DNA from: a phage
NCBI GenBank assembly: GCA_025812035.1
Contig: GCA_025812035.1_4719.1
Reading direction: 5' to 3' (one strand)
Length of the DNA: 64,000 nucleotides
Positions 39,090 to 48,385 of this stretch are shown here, piece after piece. Position numbers and translations under genes: made by a program. Each line of letters starts with the position of its first letter. The stretch's first letter is position 1. Below the pieces are notes generated by a model. It saw only the letters and a list, made by a program, of their open reading frames with translations, searched no databases and was not told the origin of the DNA.

Positions 39090-39871
39090 CAGAATTCCTC
39101 TAAGTTGTTGCTACTAATAGTCCCTGTCGTTGACGGTATGTTACCACTACCCATTGACGATGTTGGCGAAGAAGTTCTGGTCAGATTCAATCCGTTTAAT
39201 AGCCCACGCTCTTTTACCGTACGACGCGAACCATCACGAACGTCGTAAAGGGGTACGTTATAATGATCGAAAATCCGAAGCCATTGTACGTAATCAGCGA
39301 CAACATGGTCTTTGCTTTCATTCGGAGCAAAGCGGTCAAGCTGATGGTCGACGTAAGCTTTTGCGCTTTCAGGATTGAAGTTATACTGACGGCGTGCTTT
39401 GTCCACCATCGCAAGGAAACATGTATTGGGGTCACGATTGATATACGAACGCGTCCTGATGAATATAGCTGGTACCGTAAATAACACCTTGTTGTTATTC
39501 CCATCAGCGACAATATTAACAGCACGATGGGGTTGGCCTGCTATCTTACACCAATCGTGAACAATGGTGCTATTACTCAACATCTCCGCGTATTCAGGAT
39601 CCTGCGAAAACATACCTGCGAACGGATACAAGAAATGTTTAACGAACAGCGATTCGGGCAGGATGTTGGGGCGCGTCATCTCCTGTAAACCTTTTCGTAG
39701 AAGCTCGCTGTTGTCTACCAGCTCCTGCCACATGTCCGGTCTTGTTTTCGGGATGGACGGATCCTGAGCACGGCGAATGCGTTCTTCTTCATTTACAACC
39801 ACCACCCCAGCCGGATACCCCAATAAATCCGTTCCTTTGCTAGCATTGTTATTAGTTTGGTGCGCCTTCAT
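39089..39871 (-). CDS. hypothetical protein (260 aa)
   Basis: complete ORF. Confidence 0.5.
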   Translation of the reverse strand: MKAHQTNNNASKGTDLLGYPAGVVVVNEEERIRRAQDPSIPKTRPDMWQELVDNSELLRKGLQEMTRPNILPESLFVKHFLYPFAGMFSQDPEYAEMLSNSTIVHDWCKIAGQPHRAVNIVADGNNNKVLFTVPAIFIRTRSYINRDPNTCFLAMVDKARRQYNFNPESAKAYVDHQLDRFAPNESKDHVVADYVQWLRIFDHYNVPLYDVRDGSRRTVKERGLLNGLNLTRTSSPTSSMGSGNIPSTTGTISSNNLEEF

Positions 39872-40259
39872 TTACTTCCTCCTGCCACTTGACAAAATTA
39901 CCACGCTCGGACCGCAGAACGCCACTCAAATCGTACGACATGCCTTTCTCTGTGACGATCCCTCCAATCTGAAGATCCACACGCTCCGTAGTCGGATCGA
40001 TATACTTGACACGGACTTTCAATTCCACACGATCGTAATAACGCATTAAATAATCGTACAACATCCGGTATGTCGCATCTTCCAATTTGGGTGCGCTGTA
40101 CTGCGATGTTGCAATAAGGTACGGCAGTGAAACGATAGAGCCTTGATAGCAATACGATTGGGAATAATTCGATATTGCAAAATTGGTCATTAACCCGTCC
40201 AACTTCTTACCCGATGCAGTTAAAAAGCTCGACAGTCCTGGTAAAGGATTCGATGCCAT
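39852..40259 (-). CDS. hypothetical protein (135 aa)
   Basis: complete ORF. Confidence 0.45.
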   Translation of the reverse strand: MASNPLPGLSSFLTASGKKLDGLMTNFAISNYSQSYCYQGSIVSLPYLIATSQYSAPKLEDATYRMLYDYLMRYYDRVELKVRVKYIDPTTERVDLQIGGIVTEKGMSYDLSGVLRSERGNFVKWQEEVNEGAPN

Positions 40260-40272
40260 GAGGAACTCCTCT

Positions 40273-40722
40273 TTAAGCGTAATTCATTCCGGCCAATCTA
40301 TCGTAGTTAGGCATGTGTCCTAACTTCAGTTCGATAGGCATGGATACATTGGTGCGCGGCGCGTAAAATGTTCGCGTATGCATATCGATATACCCACAGT
40401 CCAAATAAACAATATCGGACAACTCCGCTGGATGTTTAGGTGCTGGAATCTTTAGTCGATTGTAGCATTCGAGCTGCCACCAAGCATGAAAAAAGTTATT
40501 GTAGGCGTACGATTTACTGTTGGCGACTTTAAGTCCATAGATCACCCATAACGCCGCCATGAAGTTGGTCGCATTAACTCGCATCGGCTGCTCATTATTA
40601 AGCATGTACGTATAGGTAAATAACGGTGTATTGCCGTCACCGAAACGTCCGACCAAGGTAGTGTTTGTGCGTTCGACCTCAAAGGAAAAATGCTGGCTGC
40701 TATTACCATCAAAATGAATCAT
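40273..40722 (-). CDS. hypothetical protein (149 aa)
   Basis: complete ORF. Confidence 0.5.
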   Translation of the reverse strand: MIHFDGNSSQHFSFEVERTNTTLVGRFGDGNTPLFTYTYMLNNEQPMRVNATNFMAALWVIYGLKVANSKSYAYNNFFHAWWQLECYNRLKIPAPKHPAELSDIVYLDCGYIDMHTRTFYAPRTNVSMPIELKLGHMPNYDRLAGMNYA

Positions 40723-40840
40723 TCTGTTCTCCCCAAGCTTTTCATTTCATAGAGTGGTGGAAATTCGTAGAAAGTTACAAAAATAAAAAAGAATGGGCAG
40801 CCCCTCCCCACCCGAAGGTAGGGAGAGACCACAGATATAT

Positions 40841-41305
40841 TTAAACCAAAGCCGCGATAACGTCATTAACGTTACGGCCTCGTAACTCTGCCGCCAAACG
40901 AATAATTTCATCCAGGGAACGGTTTGTACGAATCTTAGCTACTTTCCAATTTTCAGGATACTGTTCGAAGTTAAGTAACCAAGTCATTACCTTTGCTTGT
41001 TCCACACCGTTAAGTTTGATGGTTGTACGCGGATTGGCTTTGAACCACTTCTTGCTCAGCTGTGCCATACGGCGAACAGGATAAGCGTAAGCGCGGGTCC
41101 AGTCTTTGGACAGATTGTCGAGTAATTCACGGTAGCTGCTGTCGTAGTCTTTGTTGATACGACGTAATAACCAGTTGGCGGTCATTTGATAAAGTTTATC
41201 ATCTTCACGTAAACGCATACCTGCTACCGCTAAATAAATGATAAGACCTGCACCCATGATGAGAGACAGGATAAACAGAACTTGGTTTTCTTGTGCTAAA
41301 GTCAT
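40841..41305 (-). CDS. membrane-anchored protein (N-terminal transmembrane helix)
   Basis: N-terminus VLFILSLIMGAGLIIYLAVAG; conserved promoter-like motif upstream. Confidence 0.5.
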   Translation of the reverse strand: MTLAQENQVLFILSLIMGAGLIIYLAVAGMRLREDDKLYQMTANWLLRRINKDYDSSYRELLDNLSKDWTRAYAYPVRRMAQLSKKWFKANPRTTIKLNGVEQAKVMTWLLNFEQYPENWKVAKIRTNRSLDEIIRLAAELRGRNVNDVIAALV

Positions 41306-41390
41306 TTTACTATCCTCGGATTTCGTTAGGATTTGATTTCCAATATAAGGACGATGTGATATGCCTTATACAGTCGATTGATGTTGTACA

Positions 41391-41415
41391 TCACCTAGGT
41401 AATATAGCCGTGAAA
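41391..41415 (-). promoter_or_regulatory. conserved promoter-like motif copy
   Basis: TTTCACGGCTATATTACCTAGGTGA on minus strand, 86 nt upstream of gene 40841..41305. Confidence 0.45.
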
Positions 41416-41424
41416 AATGTTGGA

Positions 41425-42222
41425 TTAACGTGTTCTCCTATCACGGTGGGTATATGACTGAAGACCAATGTCCATATGCGGTAACGTCAATGTCTGCCAG
41501 ATCTGGCGTGCGTAACGATCGAGCGTATGATCGTTGGTAACACAATCAACGGGTTCAATGAGGTGAGTTGTATACTGGCTTTTCTCAGAGAAAGGTTCGA
41601 TGTTGGCCGTATCCCCTAATCCGCTTTTCACCGTGAAGACGAGACGTGTGATTATCATCGCCTTATGTTGCTGTTCGTTATAGCGAAGGCTACGATATAC
41701 CGCATAGCTTCCTCCTTTTAAGCTTCGGGTATAACGAAGATCGGAGGTTGTCTCGGAAATCTGATACAACATCCAATCCAACGTATCTCGCCAGTACGCA
41801 TCATCCACATCAGGAACCGTGATACCGTACCGCGTAGGCAGCAAATCTAAAAGCAGTTTATACAGTCCGCGACGTAAGCCATGCTCTTCTGTTTCCGATA
41901 AACCGTTTCCAACGTAACGTGAGATACGTGTACGTAAATACATACGGATGAACATGTTTGCCATCAGCGATTTCGCGCTACTACTGGTGTCCTCGAAACG
42001 ATCGACGCTGAAACTCGTTTCAATCAACCGTCCATTAAAATACAACGCGGCAACGTACATCGCATTACTGCTATCTCGTTCGATGTTTAAACGACCGCAG
42101 ATGTTGGCTGCATCATTCATGGTAAATTCTAATTTATCATGTTCGATACGGTAAATAATATCTTCTTGGGTTGCCAGGCTCGCGATGCGGCGGTAGCCCG
42201 GAGAAGTGCGTTTTACACTCAT
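41425..42222 (-). CDS. hypothetical protein (265 aa)
   Basis: complete ORF. Confidence 0.5.
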   Translation of the reverse strand: MSVKRTSPGYRRIASLATQEDIIYRIEHDKLEFTMNDAANICGRLNIERDSSNAMYVAALYFNGRLIETSFSVDRFEDTSSSAKSLMANMFIRMYLRTRISRYVGNGLSETEEHGLRRGLYKLLLDLLPTRYGITVPDVDDAYWRDTLDWMLYQISETTSDLRYTRSLKGGSYAVYRSLRYNEQQHKAMIITRLVFTVKSGLGDTANIEPFSEKSQYTTHLIEPVDCVTNDHTLDRYARQIWQTLTLPHMDIGLQSYTHRDRRTR

Positions 42223-42256
42223 GATTGTCCTCGTTTTTCAATTTAAGATTACATAC

Positions 42257-42290
42257 GGCATAAACCCTCCCCGCCTTATGCAGGGAGGGT
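42257..42290 (-). terminator. GC hairpin followed by TTTATGCCG
   Basis: stem CCCTCC/GGAGGG, then TTTATGCCGTATG. Confidence 0.5.
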
Positions 42291-42304
42291 AGCCATTGAA
42301 TGGA

Positions 42305-42943
42305 TTAACCTAATTTACCACCGGCGATGTTGGTGAAATCTTCGCCGTCAGGAACTTGCAATAGAATACGTGCCATGTCCCAGTTGGTTAGTGTGATTGC
42401 TTTATCATCGATACTCAGTTCTGGTAGGTCGAGTTCATGATCGTCAAACTCGTAGGAAATACTCCACGTTTCATCTGTTTTAGGATCGGTTATCAGCACA
42501 CCGTCTGTTACACGCATGTAGTCCGGATGCAGCTCATTACTGAATGTGCTGAACGGATCGGTGTAACATTCAGCATACCCCTCGATCTGCTGACGCTGCG
42601 CCTTCGTACGTAAATCAGGGCACGCCATGATGAGTTGTCGGGATATGCCGTTTGCAGCTCGGAAATCCTCCACGGTGTTACATGGCATAACCACATCGTC
42701 GTGGAAGATGTTCTCCGATTGTCTCAGCAAAGTCTTACGGAGTTCAGCATAGTTTATCTGATTGAATGCGTCGAACGTTGCTAACGATTCAGCGTAAAAA
42801 TGCTTTACGTGTTCGCTTGCGCCGCCGAGACTATTCATCAACTTGTGACCGTACTCCATGAAACTTTTATCGAGACCGGAGGACATTTCTCCGAACCTCA
42901 GTGCACGATAACTGTCTCGTCCACCTGTAAATATTTGCGCCAT
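42305..42943 (-). CDS. hypothetical protein (212 aa)
   Basis: complete ORF. Confidence 0.5.
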   Translation of the reverse strand: MAQIFTGGRDSYRALRFGEMSSGLDKSFMEYGHKLMNSLGGASEHVKHFYAESLATFDAFNQINYAELRKTLLRQSENIFHDDVVMPCNTVEDFRAANGISRQLIMACPDLRTKAQRQQIEGYAECYTDPFSTFSNELHPDYMRVTDGVLITDPKTDETWSISYEFDDHELDLPELSIDDKAITLTNWDMARILLQVPDGEDFTNIAGGKLG

Positions 42944-42958
42944 TACAGGCGTCCTCCT

Positions 42959-43183
42959 TTAGCAATGGTTGTTAGTTGCTTCTATTTCGTCAAGATAAGG
43001 TTCTACGTCATCGCCCTCCACGAATTCGTTGAACCAGCAGTCAATGGTAGAAATAACCGGTGACTGGTGTTCACATTTCTTAGATACCTTAAAAGGTACG
43101 TTATTATCCATCATACCGAGTTCGGGTCGAAAACGCCCGAAATGTTTCGCAGTCCAAATGTCTGGGACGATATGGTTGTTCAT
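42959..43183 (-). CDS. RNA polymerase beta' N-terminal fragment, exon 3 (begins MNNHIVP..)
   Basis: MNNHIVP..ELGMMDNNV parallels beta' MAVHVP..ALMMSTNNI directly after the catalytic DGD; preceded by G at 43184. Confidence 0.6.
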   Translation of the reverse strand: MNNHIVPDIWTAKHFGRFRPELGMMDNNVPFKVSKKCEHQSPVISTIDCWFNEFVEGDDVEPYLDEIEATNNHC

Positions 43184-43574
43184 CGTGGTGTTCAGCATGA
43201 GTCGCTACCTCATACCCGCAGCTTTACCTGCAGCTTCCGGTGTTACCGGAATGTCCAGAATACATCTTATCCATATTCCAAATGGAACGTAGGACTTCCG
43301 CGCTGGATCTCGCTTGAGACCACGTATTCGTTGAACCTGCGTTGTTTCACATTCTTGCAAACAAGAATGCCGTATTGCTACGCAACAACCAGGCTGCTGA
43401 TCGAACATTGTCATGTACGGTAGGCATCCCCGAAGGGACTGTCATTGAAGCCGCGTACATCCGCTACCTTGTTTCTACCTTATCGGTTCCTCTTACGAGG
43501 CGTAGCGGCCTTAGCCCTTCCCAGCAATTCACGGAATCCAAGCTCTTCCTTTCGGAAGGCAGGGCCTATGATTA
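43184..43574 (-). ncRNA. candidate ORF-less self-splicing intron 2 (group I-like)
   Basis: P-like GAAUUGCUGGGAAGGG (43515..43530) and Q-like GAUCAGCAGCC (43392..43402); starts after U, ends with G; several local hairpins; P1 and P7 not resolved by eye. Confidence 0.45.
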
Positions 43575-43587
43575 AGCGTCACCGTCG
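43575..43587 (-). CDS. RNA polymerase beta' micro-exon (13 nt, c-GAC-GGU-GAC-GCU, encodes DGDA)
   Basis: only placement that rebuilds NADF-DGD-A-MNNHIVP in frame with U at both 5' splice sites and G at both intron 3' ends. Confidence 0.5.
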
Positions 43588-45028
43588 CTTACGTGCACCG
43601 ACGTTTATTAACTCATGGTTATCCACTGAAATACGGCGTTAGGGAAATAATCCTTCTTGCCGCGTTTTGAGATTTGCAATGCCATATTACTCGGAGACAA
43701 TCTGTAATGCCATGCTGCTTCATCGATAGAACTAAACTTCTTTGTTTCGCCGTTATCAAAGATGATTTTCAACGCTAGTTTAGGTAAATCGTCTTCCGTT
43801 TCTACTAGTTCGAAAGAATCGATATTCTCTGCCAGCGTTAACGGATCAACAGGTAATATCAGCCAACCAGCACGCTGCAATCCTCCACGTAGACTAATTT
43901 GTTTATTCAACGCAGGGGTAGCCATGCCAACTAACTTAGCAGCCAGCTTGCGGTCTTTAATATAAAGACGATAATCTCCGGTATTATTAATAGCATACAC
44001 ACCAAAGTTATTGAACGATACCTTTCCAGCATCGGAACTAGTAAAGCCTACAAAGTCGTGGCTGTCGGTAGCCACGTCGTATTTAAATGCTAATGGCTTG
44101 TTTCGACTGCCGCTAAGATACTTCTTGGCTGTAGATACCGATATGTTGAGATATCGTCCAATAGCATTCAAACTTTCTAGTTCGATGATTTCTCCTGTCA
44201 ATATGTCCTTTAACCGAACATTACCCATCGGTATTGGTGGTTTACCGACATAACCCAATTCACGATATGCGTGTTTCAAGTTATCTGAATCAGTAGCCCA
44301 TTCCAAATTTTCTAGTCTGTTATCCCAACGCACTCCATTAAGATGATTAGGGACACGACGGATTATACCTGACGTCGGATCTGGGTTAAATGTTTCAAGG
44401 ACGATCTGATGATGGTATTTCACTTTGTTGTTCCTAGTGAAAGCGCGATAGTTGTTTTTGCCCGACTTGGGTGGTTCAGTACGAAACAACACTGTCAGAC
44501 TAGACACATCTACTATCGTACCGTTCTTATTAACAACGATACCATCAAAACCATTAACAGGACGATAATCAGACAAACAATCTTCAGAAATTGCCTGTCC
44601 AACTAAAGGTTCACTCAATTTGACCTCCTTTATAAAAGAAGTCGGTGCACGTAATTATCGACTATATCTTCATCCTCGTTGCGAGGAGTCTCCCGTTTTG
44701 GTCTGTGTTTAACAGAGCCTACTCTACTCGACATCGCGTCTTTCGATAGTCTGTGAGCACACATCTTAACGAACATTCGTGGATTCCTAAGCAGGTGAAC
44801 GTTCTTGTTGAGATGCTTCGCTGCGGATTATTCCCGTCCTACCTCTTTTACCATACCCAGTTCATTACGCTGGCCCTCATCTGTGTCACCACGATGAGTT
44901 GGTGTGTAGTCCGATTACAGAAACTTCCCGTCAATTAGAGAGTTTTAACTACGTTCCTGTTACCAGAAACCCGACTCCGACGATATCAATTAAATCAACG
45001 TAAATTATTGATTTAATTGAAGAAACTG
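43588..45028 (-). mobile_element. group I intron 1 with embedded HNH homing endonuclease gene
   Basis: IGS GAGUCGG (44971..44977) pairs with exon end CCGACUU with terminal U-G; P AAUUGACGGGAAG (44924..44936), Q AAUCCGCAGC (44820..44829), R ACAGACUAUCG (44744..44754), S AAGAUAUAGUCG (44659..44670); 12-bp stem 44641..44652 with 43591..43602 loops out the ORF; ends with G at 43588. Confidence 0.7.
43608..44618 (-). CDS. HNH homing endonuclease (intron-encoded), UUG start
   Basis: HHQIVLETF..NHLNGVRWDNRLENLEWATDSDNLKHA HNH motif; AAGGAGGT RBS before UUG; lies entirely inside intron 1. Confidence 0.75.
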   Translation of the reverse strand: MSEPLVGQAISEDCLSDYRPVNGFDGIVVNKNGTIVDVSSLTVLFRTEPPKSGKNNYRAFTRNNKVKYHHQIVLETFNPDPTSGIIRRVPNHLNGVRWDNRLENLEWATDSDNLKHAYRELGYVGKPPIPMGNVRLKDILTGEIIELESLNAIGRYLNISVSTAKKYLSGSRNKPLAFKYDVATDSHDFVGFTSSDAGKVSFNNFGVYAINNTGDYRLYIKDRKLAAKLVGMATPALNKQISLRGGLQRAGWLILPVDPLTLAENIDSFELVETEDDLPKLALKIIFDNGETKKFSSIDEAAWHYRLSPSNMALQISKRGKKDYFPNAVFQWITMS

Positions 45029-46284
45029 AAGTCGGCATTATAACCTTTCAAGATCATCACGCTTAACCCGATGGTGTTATCCTGCGGATCGCGTTTAACC
45101 TTGGTGATTTCAAGACATTGGTTACTGCTTCGGTCAAGTGATGGATTTCGAACAAAACCACACACAATCCCATCAAACGGTGTATCAGCAATAAGCTCAT
45201 CGTGCAGCTCGCTCATCATCGGATGATAATTACGGACATGTTCCGCAACGAACGCACGTGCTGCTCTTGGTGAATAACCACGATGGAATAACTTGGATTG
45301 GATATGTTCTTTATTGGTTAATGTAAATGGCGCGTATGGGAAATGCAGATGATAATAACGATGGTTCGCTGTTATCGAACTGATTACGGTACGCGTGGTG
45401 AATGGATGTAATGTACCTAATATGTTTTTACGTGTGATACCTTTCTTCTTACCGATGAACTCATCGAAAATCGCCGAGTGGTACTGCAGCAGCTTCAGTT
45501 GTACTTTCGCCATCCAGTTTTCTTTCTTTCTGGCGCTCAAAGGTGTTGTTGGGTGATAGATACTATTCAATGTACCGATAGCATCGATCGCACCTTCCAT
45601 TTTGCTATCTGCATAACGACCGGTTGGTGTATTCTCGATAACGAACATCATGGCGGCAGGAAAACTGATATACTGGCTGAAGAACTTATCGCGATGAATG
45701 CGGGTGAATTCTCGTAGCGTATCAACTTTCTCCGTGTTCTTCGGTCCGCGTAACGTAGGTCCTTTATACAAGATCTCCATGATGCGATCGAAGTTCTGTA
45801 TAAAGCTATTTATCCCACGTCGTATCCCGAATACATCGAATTGCTGCTCCAGATAGTTCTTGAGTTCGATGGGTCGTTTTACGTTTGGACGGTAACTGGC
45901 ATCAATGAGCCACGTCATCGTTTCAAAGCTTTTGATATTCAACTCGCTTGCCAGCACGAGATGGACCAACGGGTTAATAAACGCATCAATTCCTTCAGGA
46001 ACACGCGCCCAAACCGTCGAACGAATCTCTTGTTCTGCTGGGTAGGTTACAACCGTTTTACAGTTTGGACACACCGTGCCAAGCAGCTCACCACGATTGT
46101 AGAAACCACATCCACATTGTGGTGTGATATCCAACGTATCGCTGGAGTAAACACGGGTGATAAAACTGTTTAATTTCTTCTTCTCTTCGACGACTTTTGT
46201 GTCGTAATCATTCAACAAAATAGGCGTAAAAGGAAGTTCTGCGAGCTGTCTATCGAAACTCACGATATCGAGCATGATGGCCAT
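45029..46284 (-). CDS. RNA polymerase beta' N-terminal fragment, exon 1 (ends ..YNADF)
   Basis: zinc finger CGCGFYNRGELLGTVCPNCK and ..NPSL.R...Q.....IGL..ILKGYNADF parallel E. coli beta' up to NADF; unspliced frame stops 5 codons after NADF. Confidence 0.75.
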
Positions 46285-46320
46285 GGGGTATCTCCTACAA
46301 ATGAAAAAGAACGTTAGGAC

Positions 46321-46350
46321 GTATAAGGGAGGGAGGTTGCCCTCCCTCCC
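46321..46350 (-). terminator. 10-bp perfect GC hairpin after the 631-aa gene, followed by TTATAC
   Basis: stem GGGAGGGAGG/CCTCCCTCCC, loop TTGC. Confidence 0.6.
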
Positions 46351-46376
46351 GTCAGATTACATCGAACGTTCTTCCA

Positions 46377-48272
46377 TTAGAACAGGTTGAATGCCCCACC
46401 CATGTTGTTACCACCAACGTTCGGACGATCGCTGCGTGCGTAGATGCTACCGGAGATATTACCCAGACCACGAGCACGTGCTGCCATGTTACCACGAACA
46501 GCGGTACCCGCCAGATGCTGGATATTCTCAGGACGGATGGTGAAGCCAGCTTCAGCAGCTGCTTCAATCAACGCAGCAAGCGCTTGCGGTTCGAAGTCGT
46601 AACGCATTGCCCAACCGGTTTGTTCCCAGCTACCAGACAGAACACGATCGATGATTTCGTGACGAGCGACAACACGCTGAGACATCGACATATCGGTACG
46701 GTCGAAGCTGTCTTCCCATGCTTCTACGGTATCCGGGTTAGTGATGTTCATCATGTACAGATCGTCCATATCGCGAATATCGTGACGGTTACCATCCTGG
46801 TGGTTGTAGTGACCCAGCGGGATACGGTTACCGGTAGCGTAGACCAGCGGTTGACCGTATTGATATTTCTTGCTGAAGCAGCCCAGGGTAGTATCATCGA
46901 AGGCACGGAAGAGTGCTTTGTAACCTTCAGAGACTTCCCGAACATCAGCCTCAACATTACCCGTATAGATCTTCTCAGCCGCCGGGATCATACGCAACAG
47001 CCAGCTGTATTCGCCTTCTTCCGGCACGTCGATAGAAATCAGCAGGGACGGATACAGTACCTGTTGCAGGAACTTGTAAATCTGCTCATTGGTTTGAGTA
47101 GACAGATCCAGCGGTGCGGTAACTTCCGGATCCAGCACCATCGCCAGAGCACCCGGGTTATGCGGACCGATACCACGAGCAGCGTTGCTGATTAAAGACT
47201 GCGCCCATGCCATGCCGCTGTTCAGCGTAGCAATGGTACCAATCAGACCCAATACAAAAGTATTCGGTGTGAATGCGTCCAGCTCCAGCGGGTAAGCGCT
47301 GGTCATCACGTAACGCGGCTGGTATTGTACAGTCGGCGGTACCGGATAACCGTTAACCAGAACAGGACCTTGGTTGAAGGTCGGGTTCTGCGGGCTGTAG
47401 GTCAGGTCGATATAGCCGGTAGTTGCGACCAGACGCTGCTGGCTATCGTAATCGCTCATCGCTTGACGGATGCGGTTAGAGATAGTTACAGTGATGTCGG
47501 AACGCACTGGGTTACCAACGATATCGCTGTCCTGCATACCGCTGGTGTTATACTGAACGCTGCTGATCGGCTGATCGCTTGCCATCATGCCCAGGTTGAA
47601 CTGCGGCAGGCCCAGTTTATCACCGAGACGGATTTCGATTGCGGTTTGGATTGCGTTATCTGCAGCAGACAGCAGGGTGGTTGCCAGGTGTGCAGATTCA
47701 GCGGTGATTTCATTGGTCACCACAGCCAGACCAGCGATACGAACAGTACCATTAGCCTTGCCACCAATAGCCGCATACATTGCCGCCATGACTTCGTTGA
47801 TGAACGTGCCGTTCAGGTTATCAACCCAGGTACGCGGTACCAGAATGTTACCATGCGGACCTTGTTCTTCACGACGCGGCAGCGGAGCCAAACCGGCAAC
47901 CAGCGGAAGCACATAACCGAAGAAGTGGTTATGATCACCAACTTTCGCACCACTCATAACCACCAGGGTCGGATACGGTACACTGTACTGACCAGGATCG
48001 ACAGTCACCATGATGAAGTCGTCTTTAAAGCCTTTATCTTCCAGTTCTTTTTCCATCAGACGACGGAGGTTCAGTACTTGCTCAGAACCGGTGTTACGGC
48101 TAATACGACGACTCAGTGTACGGTTGATCGTACGCATCGTATGAGTCACTTTAGGCTGGCCAGCAAAGTCTGCAGCGGTTTCCAGCGCTTCATCTGCACG
48201 TTGTGCGGTGCGGGTTTCAGCTGCACGAATTTCTACATTATCGTTACCGTTTTTACGTACGTCTAAGCCCAT
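46377..48272 (-). CDS. abundant 631-aa protein; candidate nuclear-shell (chimallin-like) or major structural protein
   Basis: very strong codon bias; disordered N-terminus and Gly-rich C-terminal tail; conserved promoter-like motif upstream and strong GC hairpin downstream. Confidence 0.6.
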   Translation of the reverse strand: MGLDVRKNGNDNVEIRAAETRTAQRADEALETAADFAGQPKVTHTMRTINRTLSRRISRNTGSEQVLNLRRLMEKELEDKGFKDDFIMVTVDPGQYSVPYPTLVVMSGAKVGDHNHFFGYVLPLVAGLAPLPRREEQGPHGNILVPRTWVDNLNGTFINEVMAAMYAAIGGKANGTVRIAGLAVVTNEITAESAHLATTLLSAADNAIQTAIEIRLGDKLGLPQFNLGMMASDQPISSVQYNTSGMQDSDIVGNPVRSDITVTISNRIRQAMSDYDSQQRLVATTGYIDLTYSPQNPTFNQGPVLVNGYPVPPTVQYQPRYVMTSAYPLELDAFTPNTFVLGLIGTIATLNSGMAWAQSLISNAARGIGPHNPGALAMVLDPEVTAPLDLSTQTNEQIYKFLQQVLYPSLLISIDVPEEGEYSWLLRMIPAAEKIYTGNVEADVREVSEGYKALFRAFDDTTLGCFSKKYQYGQPLVYATGNRIPLGHYNHQDGNRHDIRDMDDLYMMNITNPDTVEAWEDSFDRTDMSMSQRVVARHEIIDRVLSGSWEQTGWAMRYDFEPQALAALIEAAAEAGFTIRPENIQHLAGTAVRGNMAARARGLGNISGSIYARSDRPNVGGNNMGGAFNLF

Positions 48273-48302
48273 TTGGGATTCCTCTTTTCTTAAACTTTAT
48301 TA

Positions 48303-48314
48303 AATGACGTCATT
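48303..48314. promoter_or_regulatory. perfect 12-bp palindrome AATGACGTCATT
   Basis: identical to 17495..17506. Confidence 0.35.
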
Positions 48315-48336
48315 GAATCAGCTTCTACTCGCTCAT

Positions 48337-48361
48337 TCACCTAGGTAATATAACCCTGAAA
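48337..48361 (-). promoter_or_regulatory. conserved promoter-like motif copy
   Basis: TTCAGGGTTATATTACCTAGGTGA on minus strand, 65 nt upstream of the 631-aa gene. Confidence 0.45.
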
Positions 48362-48385
48362 TTTTTTTCAATATTGGTGTAACCG

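Noticed and set aside
42959-43198. Track ORF starting MLNTTMNNH.. as a stand-alone 79-aa gene
   Set aside because: An in-frame stop lies two codons upstream and there is no RBS; from MNNHIVP onward the sequence is the direct continuation of beta' after the catalytic DGD, so it is better explained as exon 3.
45013-46284. Beta' N-terminal ORF ending ..YNADFSFFN as a truncated pseudogene
   Set aside because: The missing DGD codons and the downstream beta' segment are present in frame after intron-like sequence with correct U and G boundary nucleotides, and the interrupting element has full group I intron signatures.
46515-48266. Plus-strand ORFs 46515..47195 (226 aa) and 47325..48266 (313 aa)
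   Set aside because: They lie antisense inside the strongly codon-biased 631-aa minus-strand gene and are rich in Arg/Thr/His-type antisense residues; judged artefacts of the opposite frame.
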